DNA from: Candidatus Thorarchaeota archaeon
GTDB taxonomy: Archaea; Asgardarchaeota; Thorarchaeia; Thorarchaeales; Thorarchaeaceae
DNA: 64,000 nucleotides
NCBI GenBank assembly: GCA_048884965.1
Contig: JBHLQH010000016.1
Span: 14,465 to 78,464, forward strand
Direction: 5' to 3'
Shown: positions 38,097 through 47,560 of the stretch, piece after piece
Numbering within the stretch: position 1 is the stretch's first letter
How the letters are laid out: each line of letters starts with the position of its first letter
Notes under the pieces: generated by a model
The model's input: only the letters and a program-made list of their open reading frames with translations
What the model was told of the DNA's origin: nothing
The model's database searches: none
Position numbers and translations under genes: made by a program

Positions 38097-38122
38097 CCCT
38101 CAGACCAGATATGATCTGAGGG
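38097..38122 (-). terminator. Hairpin just downstream of uL15
   Basis: CCCTCAGA-N10-TCTGAGGG; no clear T-tract. Confidence 0.45.
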
Positions 38123-38136
38123 GAGATAGAATGTGT

Positions 38137-38589
38137 TCACTCGTCCTCTTTAAGGTCAAGTGTTCCACCGATACCAAGGACCTTCTCTTTAGCTCGCTCG
38201 CTAATATCTTTGACACCGGTCAGATCCATCTTCTTTGTAACCGTTCCAGAACCGAGGACCTTATCGACTCCAAGCTTTGATAGGTCAATCTGGTAGCGCT
38301 TACCCTTCATCGTAGCGATACCACGCTCAACAAACCTGTCAGCAGCCTCATCAAGCTCTCCAACATTGATTGTGGAAATAGACTCGATTATGTGTTGAGG
38401 TCTCTTGAAACCGTGTTTGCCAAAGTAATTGGGATTCTCAATCATTACTTTGATGTAATGATGCTTCTTTGACCCAGCCATACCCTTACCACCTCTTTGT
38501 CCTGATGCGCGGTGGCCTTTGGTAAATCCATATCCGGCAGATCGCTGTCCTCTCAATTTATGGATCTTTTTAGATTGTCTCTTTTGCAT
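38137..38589 (-). CDS. rpl15: 50S ribosomal protein uL15
   Basis: HRASGQRGGKGMAG, YFGKHGF, INVGEL, KVLGSG. Confidence 0.96.
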   Translation of the reverse strand: MQKRQSKKIHKLRGQRSAGYGFTKGHRASGQRGGKGMAGSKKHHYIKVMIENPNYFGKHGFKRPQHIIESISTINVGELDEAADRFVERGIATMKGKRYQIDLSKLGVDKVLGSGTVTKKMDLTGVKDISERAKEKVLGIGGTLDLKEDE

Positions 38590-38606
38590 TAATTGTCACT
38601 CCTCTA

Positions 38607-39155
38607 CTATGCCTTCTTGAGGCGTACTTCAAGTACTCCATTTCTAATAGCTGACCTTGCTTCCTCTTTCTTCACTTTGGAAGGTAGCTCCAGACTCTTA
38701 TGGTATGGACGCTCAGGATTGTCAACTTCTATCGTCAGTGTCCTGCCCTTGATACGGACCTTTATCTCGTCCTTATCAACACCAGGTAGCTCAGCAACAA
38801 CGATGATCTCTTCGGATTCCTCTATGACGTCAACCAGCGGCTCCAGTTGAGGAGTCATTTTAGAGCCTTCATCATCGGGTGCATTACCAAACCTTTGGAT
38901 GATAGGTTTCCCATCGGGACCAGCCTTCATTGAGAAACCGAATACAAAGGGATTGGTGTTCTTGGGATCTCTCATGAACTCCTCCATCATACTTGGATCG
39001 AAGAGTGTGCCATCTTTTATCTGGCGCATCATCTGGTCCATCATCTCTTCAATCTGACGAAACATGGACTCGGGAAGGAACTCCCCAAGCCATCGTCGAA
39101 GAGCTTCACGAGTTTCATCATCTGAAGGACCAAATGGATCATCATCCCATGACAC
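38607..39155 (-). CDS. Small heat-shock protein Hsp20
   Basis: PFVFGFSM..GPDGKP.IQRFGN, PLVDVIE, AELPGV, RNGVLEV. Confidence 0.93.
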   Translation of the reverse strand: MSWDDDPFGPSDDETREALRRWLGEFLPESMFRQIEEMMDQMMRQIKDGTLFDPSMMEEFMRDPKNTNPFVFGFSMKAGPDGKPIIQRFGNAPDDEGSKMTPQLEPLVDVIEESEEIIVVAELPGVDKDEIKVRIKGRTLTIEVDNPERPYHKSLELPSKVKKEEARSAIRNGVLEVRLKKA

Positions 39156-39171
39156 GTTCTTTCACCTTCAC

Positions 39172-39654
39172 CTATAGCATCCTTTGGGTTAGTTGATTGA
39201 TATCCTCGCCACGATACCCTGTAACTCCGCCCATAGTCACAGGATACTTCTTCTTTCCATCGTAGCCCTTCTTGGGAGGTGTCAATCTGAAGATTGGCTT
39301 AAGCCCTTCTACATCTGCCATGGAGGACTCTCCATTATGAATAGCTTTGGCCAAAGCCTTGATCGAACTGAAAGAAGAGTTCTTCTTCACATATGCATCT
39401 GTCAGTTTTCTACTTCCTGAAAGCCGTCCTCGTTTCGCAAGGAGTTGTGTAAGAGTGTCCTCATCAATCTCGCCCCAAGTTATGTAGTCTTTGACCTTGA
39501 TGATCATACCCTCAATACTTGGAGTCATCTTGAACACTCTTGCATGGTGAAGTCGTACAAGACTGAGCTTTGTCAACGTGTCCTCGATTTGAGGGCGGAC
39601 GCGGACTCTGCCTCGAACCCTAATAGCAAGAATCATCTTTTCTTCGGCACTCAT
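39172..39654 (-). CDS. rpl30: 50S ribosomal protein uL30
   Basis: LAIRVRG, KVKDYITWGE, FRLTPPKKG, GYRG. Confidence 0.96.
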   Translation of the reverse strand: MSAEEKMILAIRVRGRVRVRPQIEDTLTKLSLVRLHHARVFKMTPSIEGMIIKVKDYITWGEIDEDTLTQLLAKRGRLSGSRKLTDAYVKKNSSFSSIKALAKAIHNGESSMADVEGLKPIFRLTPPKKGYDGKKKYPVTMGGVTGYRGEDINQLTQRML

Positions 39655-40328
39655 TATTCAGTCACCCCTGTGTATGCCCATTCTTGAGGTGGAAGCATCC
39701 TGTAGGTATTAATCAAAGCTTCAACAAGAGCCTTGGCGAAGTTTGAAGAGGTGCGTGATCGACCTTTAGTGATTGACCAGATATCCTTCAATCCTGCAAT
39801 CCTGAGCACTATTTTACCGACATCTGCTGTGACAAGGCCAGTTCCCTTTGGAGCGGGTCTCAATGTAACACGGACAGAACCTGCTTTCCCATCACTTGTG
39901 AAGGGAATGCTATGAGGATCAGAACATCGGCACTCCCAAGAGCCACAGCCTCTGCGAATCACAGTGATGTTTAGCTTCGCACGTGCTTCAGCAGCACGTA
40001 CAGCTGGAACGAATTCAGGAGCTTTCCCAACGCCTATGCCGATAACGCCTTCTCCATTTCCAACAACAACAGTTATACGAAAGCTCTTCTGTTGCCCACT
40101 GTCTGATTGTCGTTGCACCATAGTGACATCTACTACTTCCTGACGAAGATCAGGGAAGAGCATTGTGACAATCTCAGGCTCTCGAATAACATAGTTATTC
40201 TCAAAGATTTCGTGAATAGTGTTGATGTGGCCTTCTTTCACAAGACGGCCTAGGTGTGTCTTTGGCACCCAATCCTGGAGAGGATCGACTTCTGTTCGTG
40301 GTTGCCTGCGTCTTCTTTGCTTACTCAT
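39654..40328 (-). CDS. rps5: 30S ribosomal protein uS5
   Basis: WVPKTHLG, RRGCGSWEC, PAPKGTGLV. Confidence 0.97.
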   Translation of the reverse strand: MSKQRRRRQPRTEVDPLQDWVPKTHLGRLVKEGHINTIHEIFENNYVIREPEIVTMLFPDLRQEVVDVTMVQRQSDSGQQKSFRITVVVGNGEGVIGIGVGKAPEFVPAVRAAEARAKLNITVIRRGCGSWECRCSDPHSIPFTSDGKAGSVRVTLRPAPKGTGLVTADVGKIVLRIAGLKDIWSITKGRSRTSSNFAKALVEALINTYRMLPPQEWAYTGVTE

Positions 40329-40338
40329 TCATAATCAC

Positions 40339-41088
40339 CTACTTCTTCTTGCCCTTCTTACCCTTACCTCGTGCTATCAGCTTCTTCGGCTTTGGTTTTC
40401 GTGGAATCGCACGTGGAGGCTTTTGTGTAGGTTTCTCCTTCTTCTTCGCAGCAGGTTTGGCTTTAGCAGCAGTTGATGGCTTGGTAGCCTTCTTCTTCTT
40501 CTTTAGGTCAGCCGCTGGAATGGCAAGGAGTGCTTTCTTCACAGTATCAACTTTCTTTGGAATCCCCGTGATCGTGGTCTTCTTCTTTCCAAGACTAGAG
40601 AACATCTGAGTTTCTTGACCTGTATAGTGATCAAATGCTCCAATAATATGATTTCCAAATAGTCTTTCGTCATCGGGAAGGACTTCTGGAGCATGAGGAA
40701 CATGCAACCCTGCATCAAGTACTCCTTTGACAGCTGCATAGACTCTAGAGCCTTTGGTCGGGGGATTTAGACCAATGTCTAGAACTGCCTCAGTTACGCC
40801 CCTACTCTTAGCTCTCAGTCCTGCTAAGAATCCCGTAAGATATGCTGCTGGAAGATTGTTCTTTCCTGCATCCCAACCATGTACACCTAGTTCAGTGGAT
40901 ATAGCAGAAGCGTGTGTGATATCTCCCACTACTTTTGCACTAATTAGCTGGACAATGATCTTTGTATTCGTCTTACGTACTACTAATCTTGGTTTTCTTG
41001 AGAGCAAGAGTCGACGACGTCTATAGTAATTTGTCCTACCTTCTCGTCGTCGTCGGAACTTCACTCGATATGTTGGACCCTGTGCCAT
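40339..41088 (-). CDS. rpl18: 50S ribosomal protein uL18 with Lys-rich C-terminal extension
   Basis: [32 protein letters not shown]. Confidence 0.96.
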   Translation of the reverse strand: MAQGPTYRVKFRRRREGRTNYYRRRRLLLSRKPRLVVRKTNTKIIVQLISAKVVGDITHASAISTELGVHGWDAGKNNLPAAYLTGFLAGLRAKSRGVTEAVLDIGLNPPTKGSRVYAAVKGVLDAGLHVPHAPEVLPDDERLFGNHIIGAFDHYTGQETQMFSSLGKKKTTITGIPKKVDTVKKALLAIPAADLKKKKKATKPSTAAKAKPAAKKKEKPTQKPPRAIPRKPKPKKLIARGKGKKGKKK

Positions 41089-41540
41089 TATTTGGACACC
41101 TCCAGTCTTTGTTCTGTTATATAGGTCCTAAGGTGAGCAGTGTTTCTGAAGGCATTTCCTTTTGCTTTCAAGTACAATTCACGATAGACCTTACGCGTAA
41201 TCTTTCCTTCGTCGCGGAGGCGGCTCAGCTCACGTCGCATAGGACGAATCTTGTGCATCCATCGCTCCTTCTTTGATAGTTTAGCGGTAGCCTTTCCTTT
41301 CTTGTGCCCTGGGCCTTTTCGTTGACCTTTTCTTTTCTGGGCCATGACAAATCTGGCTCGACCTCTGCTAACGCCTATCACTTGTTTCTTCTGAATCGCT
41401 CCTTCATCTATGAGCCGTCTGATATCATCCTTGGTGATTGCCAGACTGACTTCATCCTGAAAGACAGGATCAATCCAAATTCGGGATGTACCAACTTTCA
41501 ATACATCAGCTGCAAGTCGTTTCTGAGTTGAGAGCTTCAT
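41088..41540 (-). CDS. rpl19e: 50S ribosomal protein eL19
   Basis: [34 protein letters not shown]. Confidence 0.97.
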   Translation of the reverse strand: MKLSTQKRLAADVLKVGTSRIWIDPVFQDEVSLAITKDDIRRLIDEGAIQKKQVIGVSRGRARFVMAQKRKGQRKGPGHKKGKATAKLSKKERWMHKIRPMRRELSRLRDEGKITRKVYRELYLKAKGNAFRNTAHLRTYITEQRLEVSK

Positions 41541-41542
41541 CC

Positions 41543-42463
41543 TTAGTCGACCTCCAAATCATCTAGACCTTCAAGTTCTTCAAACAAGTCTTCTTCAGCA
41601 ACGCTCTCAGGAACGCTAGGATTAAGAATTCTGAACATTTGGGATTCTGCTTTATCAAGGATGACTTGTCGCTTTCGCATTCCAACAGTACTTGCGATTC
41701 GCACTGCGTGAACGTCTGGATCGAGGGTCTCTAGGTCAGTAGGTCTGAACACTAATGCTTCAACATAGCCAGATGGATGAAGTCCTCGTACTGCTTTGGG
41801 ACTACGATATCCAGCACTGACCATAGCTATTCGACCTTTTCGCTTCTCACGTGTCGCACTATCGATACCTCGAACCTTTCGCCATCTATCACTGATTCGA
41901 ACCCAACGATGCGCTTGCTCATGTCTAAACTTGGGCTTTCGCTTCTTCTTTGCTTGGGCCAATCTGAAGAGTCGGTCATCAATCGCAGGTCCAGTAATTT
42001 CAGACTCTGCTTTCTTCTTTGGCTTAGTGGGTTTCTCTTCTTTGACTTTCGAAGGCTTTGCTTTAGGAGCTTCTTTCTTCTCGGGGGCCTTGGGCTCCTC
42101 CAATTTCTTAGGTTTGGCTTTCGGCTTCTCAGCTTCAGCTTCTTTCTTGGGCTTTGCCTTTGGCGTTTCCTCTTTAGCTTCCTTCTTGGGCTTTGCCTTC
42201 TCAGCCTTGGGTTTATCAGCTTTGGGTGTTTCTTCCTTGGCTTTTGTCTTAGGCGTTGTTTCGTCAGGCATGAGGTCCTGTGCTGCTTTGATGATGTTCT
42301 CAGCGCTAGCTAGGCCAAGTCCATCTACCTTCTCTGCAAGCTTTGCGGGGTCCGCTTTGGACAGCGCATAGGCAGTCTTGATGCCAGCCTCTCGGAGTTT
42401 CTCTTCCATTGCTGGTCCAACTCCGGGCACATCTGTTAATGGTAATCTCTTTGACAACTTCAT
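41543..42463 (-). CDS. rpl32e: 50S ribosomal protein eL32 with N-terminal HhH domain and K/E/P/A-rich linker
   Basis: HhH motif VPGVGP; core PKFRHEQ..WRKVRGIDS..GYRSP..RGLHPSG. Confidence 0.93.
   Translation of the reverse strand: MKLSKRLPLTDVPGVGPAMEEKLREAGIKTAYALSKADPAKLAEKVDGLGLASAENIIKAAQDLMPDETTPKTKAKEETPKADKPKAEKAKPKKEAKEETPKAKPKKEAEAEKPKAKPKKLEEPKAPEKKEAPKAKPSKVKEEKPTKPKKKAESEITGPAIDDRLFRLAQAKKKRKPKFRHEQAHRWVRISDRWRKVRGIDSATREKRKGRIAMVSAGYRSPKAVRGLHPSGYVEALVFRPTDLETLDPDVHAVRIASTVGMRKRQVILDKAESQMFRILNPSVPESVAEEDLFEELEGLDDLEVD
42060..42250 (-). repeat. Low-complexity coding repeats (KAKPKKE / KEETPK) in the eL32 linker
   Basis: TTCTTGGGCTTTGCCTT occurs twice, 39 nt apart, plus degenerate copies. 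Confidence 0.75.
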
Positions 42464-42468
42464 GCCTC

Positions 42469-43029
42469 CTATACTATTGATTTGACTTCCTCGCCTTTTC
42501 GCTTGCGTATGACATAGATACCATCAAGGAAGATACGGCGATCTTTGTCACGAATCTTTGTGGCAAGTTGAATATTAGCGGCACTCTGAGATACAGCCTC
42601 AATGTCTATTCCTTCGATTATTACTTCATCCTCGGTCGTCTGGACCTTGACATCACCAATTAGACGTGCGGTCCTAATACCTCTCTCACCGATGAAGTTC
42701 TTGATGTGGACAACATCATTCCGGAGCTCAACAGTGATTGGGAAGTGCGAATAGACAACTTTCATGGTATATTCGTATCCATGTGTGACTCCTGTGCACA
42801 TATTGCGGAAGTGTGCAAGTGCTGTACCTACTAATGCACGGGTTTTCTTTCTGGAGAGTTCTGTGGATGCCACTACCTCATTTCCATCTATTGCTAGTAT
42901 AAGCTGAGGTTCGGGGAATGTCCTAGTCAGTGTGCCCTTTGGTCCACTGACTGTAAGGGTCTTATCCTCAAGTGTTACCTTGCATTCACCTGGAATCTCC
43001 ATGCGCTTCTCGTAAGCTACTCCTGACAT
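42469..43029 (-). CDS. rpl6: 50S ribosomal protein uL6
   Basis: VSGPKG, YSHFPI, NFIGE, QSAANI, DRRIFLDGIYV. Confidence 0.97.
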   Translation of the reverse strand: MSGVAYEKRMEIPGECKVTLEDKTLTVSGPKGTLTRTFPEPQLILAIDGNEVVASTELSRKKTRALVGTALAHFRNMCTGVTHGYEYTMKVVYSHFPITVELRNDVVHIKNFIGERGIRTARLIGDVKVQTTEDEVIIEGIDIEAVSQSAANIQLATKIRDKDRRIFLDGIYVIRKRKGEEVKSIV

Positions 43030-43042
43030 CTCTCAGATCTCC

Positions 43043-43435
43043 TTAGTACACATATGCAAGTAGTCTCCCGCCTATTCCACGGGTCTTTGCCTCTGAATGA
43101 GTCATTACACCTTCAGGTGTTGTGACTATCAGTATTCCATAGTTATATGCTGGAAGGAATTGCTTCTCGAATCTCTCGAATCCATCTCGTTTGACAGGGA
43201 ATCTTGGCTTGATTACGCCACACCTATTCGTACGGCCCATCAATTGAATCCGGAACATTCCGGATCGTCCATCATCGATTCGCTCGAATTCTCCAATATA
43301 TCCTTTCGACTGCATGACTTGCAGTACTCTTTCAATCAAGCTTGAAGCTGGAGCCACTACAACCTCGGGCTTACCAACAAGCTCGCAATTGTAGATGCTT
43401 GCCATTGCATCAGCCAATGGATCTAGCAGTGTCAT
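43043..43435 (-). CDS. rps8: 30S ribosomal protein uS8
   Basis: [30 protein letters not shown]. Confidence 0.98.
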   Translation of the reverse strand: MTLLDPLADAMASIYNCELVGKPEVVVAPASSLIERVLQVMQSKGYIGEFERIDDGRSGMFRIQLMGRTNRCGVIKPRFPVKRDGFERFEKQFLPAYNYGILIVTTPEGVMTHSEAKTRGIGGRLLAYVY

Positions 43436-43451
43436 TCTTCTACCAACCTCC

Positions 43452-43622
43452 CTAGCTCATCTTTCGGAAACCGAGCTTCACCGCTGTTTCCCTAAAACAG
43501 CGACGGCACATGTTTAGTCCGTATGAGCGGATAATTGCTTGATGTGTCCCGCAGCGGATACAAGTCCTGCTGCCTTTACCCATCTTCTTCCGGCGTCTTA
43601 CTCGTTCTTTCTTAGCACTCAT
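43452..43622 (-). CDS. rps14: 30S ribosomal protein uS14 (56 aa, absent from the ORF track)
   Basis: Translated by hand: [56 protein letters not shown]. Confidence 0.96.
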   Translation of the reverse strand: MSAKKERVRRRKKMGKGSRTCIRCGTHQAIIRSYGLNMCRRCFRETAVKLGFRKMS

Positions 43623-43633
43623 CTTAGCTCACC

Positions 43634-44218
43634 TCAGAACAGATATGTCCGCTCACGCTCCTTTTCGAGAATCTCTATCCCGAATTCCGTCTTCACGTAT
43701 ACCATGCTCTCCTCAGGAGTCAATCTGTGCCTGTAAGGCACCTTTGATCGCTTCTGACGGCGACGCTTTACTCTATAACCAGGGCGCTCGATACAGACAG
43801 TGATGTTCATTCCCTGTATGCCCTTTTGTGGGTCATATTTCACATCAGGAATGTTGATGTGTTCATTGATTCCAAATGCGAAATTACCATCATCATCCCA
43901 ATTTTTGATAAGCAGGACATCGTCTTTGGCCTTGAGTGCCTTCGAGAGGAATTCTCTGGCCTTTTCATGTCGAAGGGTCACTCTTACTGCAATTGCTTCC
44001 TTACGACGGATTCCAAAATCACGAACTGTTTGTTTAGCACGAGATTGTACAGGATTTTGTCCAGTTATTTCCTCAAGAATCAGGGCTGCTCGACTCAACG
44101 GGTCTCCGCCACCGGTACACATATCGACGATCACCTTTGAAACAAAGGGACGCCTCATAGGATATGCTTCCCAGTCTTCGAGGAACAACTTCTCATTTGG
44201 TAATTCTACATCACTCAT
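43634..44218 (-). CDS. rpl5: 50S ribosomal protein uL5
   Basis: TGQNPV..AKQTVRDFGIR, GNFAFGI.EHI, RPGYRV. Confidence 0.97.
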   Translation of the reverse strand: MSDVELPNEKLFLEDWEAYPMRRPFVSKVIVDMCTGGGDPLSRAALILEEITGQNPVQSRAKQTVRDFGIRRKEAIAVRVTLRHEKAREFLSKALKAKDDVLLIKNWDDDGNFAFGINEHINIPDVKYDPQKGIQGMNITVCIERPGYRVKRRRQKRSKVPYRHRLTPEESMVYVKTEFGIEILEKERERTYLF

Positions 44219-44970
44219 TTAGCGTGCCCTCCTGTGACATCAAGACTGATTTTTGGCTTATCTTTGCCCAAGACAAAGACATACTCTAGAGCAGTTTGGA
44301 ATTTGTTTCCTTCAGGATCTTGTACGGTAACGGTACTGGCATGCGTGCCTATCCGTTTCTCAATCTCAACGACTTTTCCTTCCATCCCAACGTTACGACC
44401 TTGTGTGACAATTGCATATGCGCCTTTGTCCAGTTTGATTGTGTCAAGCAATTCCTGTTCAGGAACAGAAATAACAAGAGTATCAAGGGTCTTGTAGTCG
44501 GCTGGTTTTGCACTGTCTGGAAGCTGTAGATTGCGGCCATCATGGAGTGTCAATTGACATTTTCCACCAGGAGCCATCATCTTTCGTTGGATTCGACCTA
44601 GTTTGAACTTTGTTTCGGACTCATCTATGGTCACTAATCGAAGGCCTCCACGAGTCTTGGGCAGTAGTCTGAATCTATCACCCGAGGACTTGATCTCAAC
44701 TATATCCATCAATCCAACGGGGAATCGAGGATCCTTTCGGGGTCGACCATCAACAAAGACGTCTCCTGCGGATAGTATTGCTTTGACCTCACGCATGTTC
44801 TCAGCGCGTCCCAATACTTCCCTTAGAAGTATTGCCAATGTCAGACACTCTTCTTTGCCATGAGGACCCGGAATTGGTTTTGTGGTAAACTTACCGTGCT
44901 TTCTCTTAATTGGCCAATTCTTGGGCGCTGGCAAACGTTTTAGATGCTTCTTCTGACCTCTTCTTGCCAT
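44215..44970 (-). CDS. rps4e: 30S ribosomal protein eS4
   Basis: MARRGQKKHLKRL.AP, PGPH, FPVGLMD, LHDGRN. Confidence 0.97.
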   Translation of the reverse strand: MARRGQKKHLKRLPAPKNWPIKRKHGKFTTKPIPGPHGKEECLTLAILLREVLGRAENMREVKAILSAGDVFVDGRPRKDPRFPVGLMDIVEIKSSGDRFRLLPKTRGGLRLVTIDESETKFKLGRIQRKMMAPGGKCQLTLHDGRNLQLPDSAKPADYKTLDTLVISVPEQELLDTIKLDKGAYAIVTQGRNVGMEGKVVEIEKRIGTHASTVTVQDPEGNKFQTALEYVFVLGKDKPKISLDVTGGHAK

Positions 44971-45357
44971 TTACTCACTCTCCGCAACCTGGACTGTCTT
45001 TCGCTCCAGAATCTGTTTTCTTTCATCATCAAGTTCTAGTTTGACAAGCATCAGATTCGAAGGATGCAGCGGAATCTGTGCTTCCTTTCCATCCGATTTT
45101 GTTGTTGTCGCACTATCTACATATACTCGAATCTTTGAATAATCAACTTGGACAATTTTACCCTCAGTGTCCCGGAATTGACCTCGCATAATCCGCACCA
45201 GATCACCTTGCTTAGGCACAAGTGATCTCATCGAGTACTCTTCACGGAGGAACTCATCAAGTCTGCACTTGAGCATCTTTTTGTGTGAGTGTATCGGTGA
45301 TTTGTGTATCAGATTGCGTTGTTTTCGAGGGGATTTTGGACTTACTTTCTTAACCAT
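44971..45357 (-). CDS. rpl24: 50S ribosomal protein uL24
   Basis: PRKQR, GDLVRIMRGQF, HPSNLM. Confidence 0.96.
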   Translation of the reverse strand: MVKKVSPKSPRKQRNLIHKSPIHSHKKMLKCRLDEFLREEYSMRSLVPKQGDLVRIMRGQFRDTEGKIVQVDYSKIRVYVDSATTTKSDGKEAQIPLHPSNLMLVKLELDDERKQILERKTVQVAESE

Positions 45358-45367
45358 TCATATCACC

Positions 45368-45790
45368 TTACACTATCTTTGACGCAATAGCTGCAACTCG
45401 AGGCCACATCAGAGTGACTTCACGGGCCATGGGCCCTCGTAGCTCAGAGCCTTGAGGCTCACCGCCAGGCTTGATTAATACTGCAGCATTATCTTCAAAT
45501 TGCATCCAAGTGCCATCAGGTCTTCTGTAAGGCTTCTTCTGCCGTACTATGATTGCCTGAAGCACCTGTTTACGAAGTTCTTGTTTTCCCTTTGTGACTG
45601 CAACGTTAACTCTGTCACCAACACCAGCTTTTCCGAGCTTCCGTAGCTTGCCCTTATAGCCGAATACGGTAATTAATTGCAGCTCCTTTGCACCAGAGTT
45701 ATCGGCGCATAGGATCTTTGCTCCTATCGGGAGTCCTCGTGCAATCCTCGGGATGAACTTTCGAATACCTCTACCGACCTTCCGTGACAT
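45368..45790 (-). CDS. rpl14: 50S ribosomal protein uL14
   Basis: CADNSGAK, FEDNAAV, GPMARE. Confidence 0.97.
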   Translation of the reverse strand: MSRKVGRGIRKFIPRIARGLPIGAKILCADNSGAKELQLITVFGYKGKLRKLGKAGVGDRVNVAVTKGKQELRKQVLQAIIVRQKKPYRRPDGTWMQFEDNAAVLIKPGGEPQGSELRGPMAREVTLMWPRVAAIASKIV

Positions 45791-45792
45791 CT

Positions 45793-46167
45793 TTAGTCCT
45801 CCTTAACTACTCCACTTGGAGTGACAGAAACAACAGCAAAGGATATCGTCTTACTTAGTGGACGACATTCAACAACCTTCACCGAGTCCCCGATTTTGGC
45901 CTCTAGACATGGTGGAAGATAGGCATGTTTCTTTGAACGTCTTCGTTCATATCGAAGGTACTTCTTGACGAGGCTTAGAAAGTCTGTTTGGAAGGTGATT
46001 GCTTTATGCATCTTCACACTCGTAACAGTGCCTTCTAGAACCCGTCCTCGAAGGGACAAGTTTCCGTGGAACGGACAATTCTCGTCATCACACGTTTTCT
46101 CAGGTGGTTCAACATTGGGGATTCCAGTGTTACGAACCTTGGTTTCACTCTTAGCCATCTTCACCAT
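45793..46167 (-). CDS. rps17: 30S ribosomal protein uS17
   Basis: CDDENCPFHG, RYERR, ECRPLSKT. Confidence 0.97.
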   Translation of the reverse strand: MVKMAKSETKVRNTGIPNVEPPEKTCDDENCPFHGNLSLRGRVLEGTVTSVKMHKAITFQTDFLSLVKKYLRYERRRSKKHAYLPPCLEAKIGDSVKVVECRPLSKTISFAVVSVTPSGVVKED

Positions 46168-46448
46168 CTCCTGCCATGGCGCTTCTTCATTCTGTCCTCA
46201 GGTCGGCCCTGCAATAGGTTGCCATCCACTTGGACGATCGTTCCGTCAGGAAGCGTAATTTGAAAGACACAGACTTCTTTCGGAAGGAAAACTTCTCCTT
46301 CAGCTGTGTCTAGTTGAATCATCTCCTTTGTTTCTGCAACAATGGTGCCTTTCTTTGACACATGACTTGGGTCTCGAGAACCAACGATATGGGTTTCAAG
46401 ACCGATAATCTCGTGATTGAGGATATTAAGAGGGGTTATCTCACTCAT
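46161..46448 (-). CDS. rnp1: RNase P protein component 1 (Rpp29/Pop4)
   Basis: HEIIGL, GTIVAETK, PK, GRPEDR; typical position between uL29 and uS17. Confidence 0.93.
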   Translation of the reverse strand: MSEITPLNILNHEIIGLETHIVGSRDPSHVSKKGTIVAETKEMIQLDTAEGEVFLPKEVCVFQITLPDGTIVQVDGNLLQGRPEDRMKKRHGRRW

Positions 46449-46657
46449 TTGGTAGCCTCCAGCTCATCTTCGTGCTGAACTGTAAGGATTCTAGCGATTG
46501 CTCGCTTTACAGCACGAGTCTTGTATGGATTATCAGATCCACCACCTGTTGCAACATCTACTCTGATGGAGGAAAGCTCATTGTAAAGCTCTTGGAGCTT
46601 CTTCTGACGCTCAGCGGGTGTCAGTTTGCGGATATCTTTCGCTGTAAGCTGTGGCAT
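46445..46657 (-). CDS. rpl29: 50S ribosomal protein uL29
   Basis: DIRKLT..ER..KL.EL, KRAIARILTV. Confidence 0.95.
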   Translation of the reverse strand: MPQLTAKDIRKLTPAERQKKLQELYNELSSIRVDVATGGGSDNPYKTRAVKRAIARILTVQHEDELEATK

Positions 46658-47560
46658 TTATTCGTCGCCTCCCTCATCAAGCCCGTCTAGCTCTTCAAGT
46701 TCCTTCAGCGCATCTTCATCAATCTCGACAGGCTTCCTGTCCAGCTCTGTGTCAGAATCTTCGAATGAACTATCATCCTCTGAAGGCTCATCTGTAGCCT
46801 CGGTTTCATCGTCCACAAGTTCTAGACCGTCTAATTCCTCAAGCTCTCTGAGTTCGTCCAGATCTGTTATTCCCTCTAGACTTTCTTCAACATCCTCTAC
46901 AGCATCTTCAGGGGTTTCATCCTCTTCAGCAGCTGCAACGGGTAACTTCTTCCTCTTCTTGGTCTTTGGCTTCTTAACAAAGATGACTCCAGGAAGCTTG
47001 GCATCTGGTCGCATGATGCGAACTTTGATTCCAATCACTCCAGGCTTCAATACAGCTTTATCATCGGCCTCATCAACAAAGATTGTAGCAGGTTCACCAG
47101 TCTTTGCAATTGTTCCTTGCTTGAACTTCTGATAACGGGCACGTCTGCTGGATAGTTTCCCACTAACAATAATCTCGCATCCAATCGCACCGGCACGCAT
47201 GACCCTTCTCAGGATCCAGTAAGCCATTCGTCTAAATCGTACACCTCGCTCTAACTGTCGTGCTAGACGAGAGGCCATTACTTGAGCGTTTAGCCAAGGA
47301 TTCTCGATCTCGGAAACTTCTACTTGCACATTCTCGATTCCGAACTCGTTCTCCAGAATGTCTGTGAGCTCTCGAATCTTGGACCCACGTCGTCCAATAA
47401 CAACTCCAGGACGTGATGCATGAATAACTACCTCAGTCCTCATGGGCATTTTTCGAATCTCTACACCACCATATCCTGCAGAATTCAACTCAAAGCCAAG
47501 AAACTCATCTATAGTAAGTCGTCGAGTGTTCTGTTCAATAAAGTATTTGATTGCAGACAT
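46658..47560 (-). CDS. rps3: 30S ribosomal protein uS3 with long acidic C-terminal tail
   Basis: AGYGGVE, RPGVVIGRRG, GCEIIVSGKL, GVIGIKVRIM. Confidence 0.97.
   Translation of the reverse strand: MSAIKYFIEQNTRRLTIDEFLGFELNSAGYGGVEIRKMPMRTEVVIHASRPGVVIGRRGSKIRELTDILENEFGIENVQVEVSEIENPWLNAQVMASRLARQLERGVRFRRMAYWILRRVMRAGAIGCEIIVSGKLSSRRARYQKFKQGTIAKTGEPATIFVDEADDKAVLKPGVIGIKVRIMRPDAKLPGVIFVKKPKTKKRKKLPVAAAEEDETPEDAVEDVEESLEGITDLDELRELEELDGLELVDDETEATDEPSEDDSSFEDSDTELDRKPVEIDEDALKELEELDGLDEGGDE

Noticed and set aside
41777-42371. Long hydrophobic plus-strand ORFs (similar shadows at 40256-40609, 46626-47132 and, on the minus strand, 2497-2865)
   Set aside because: They are antisense shadows of K/E-rich low-complexity coding sequence.
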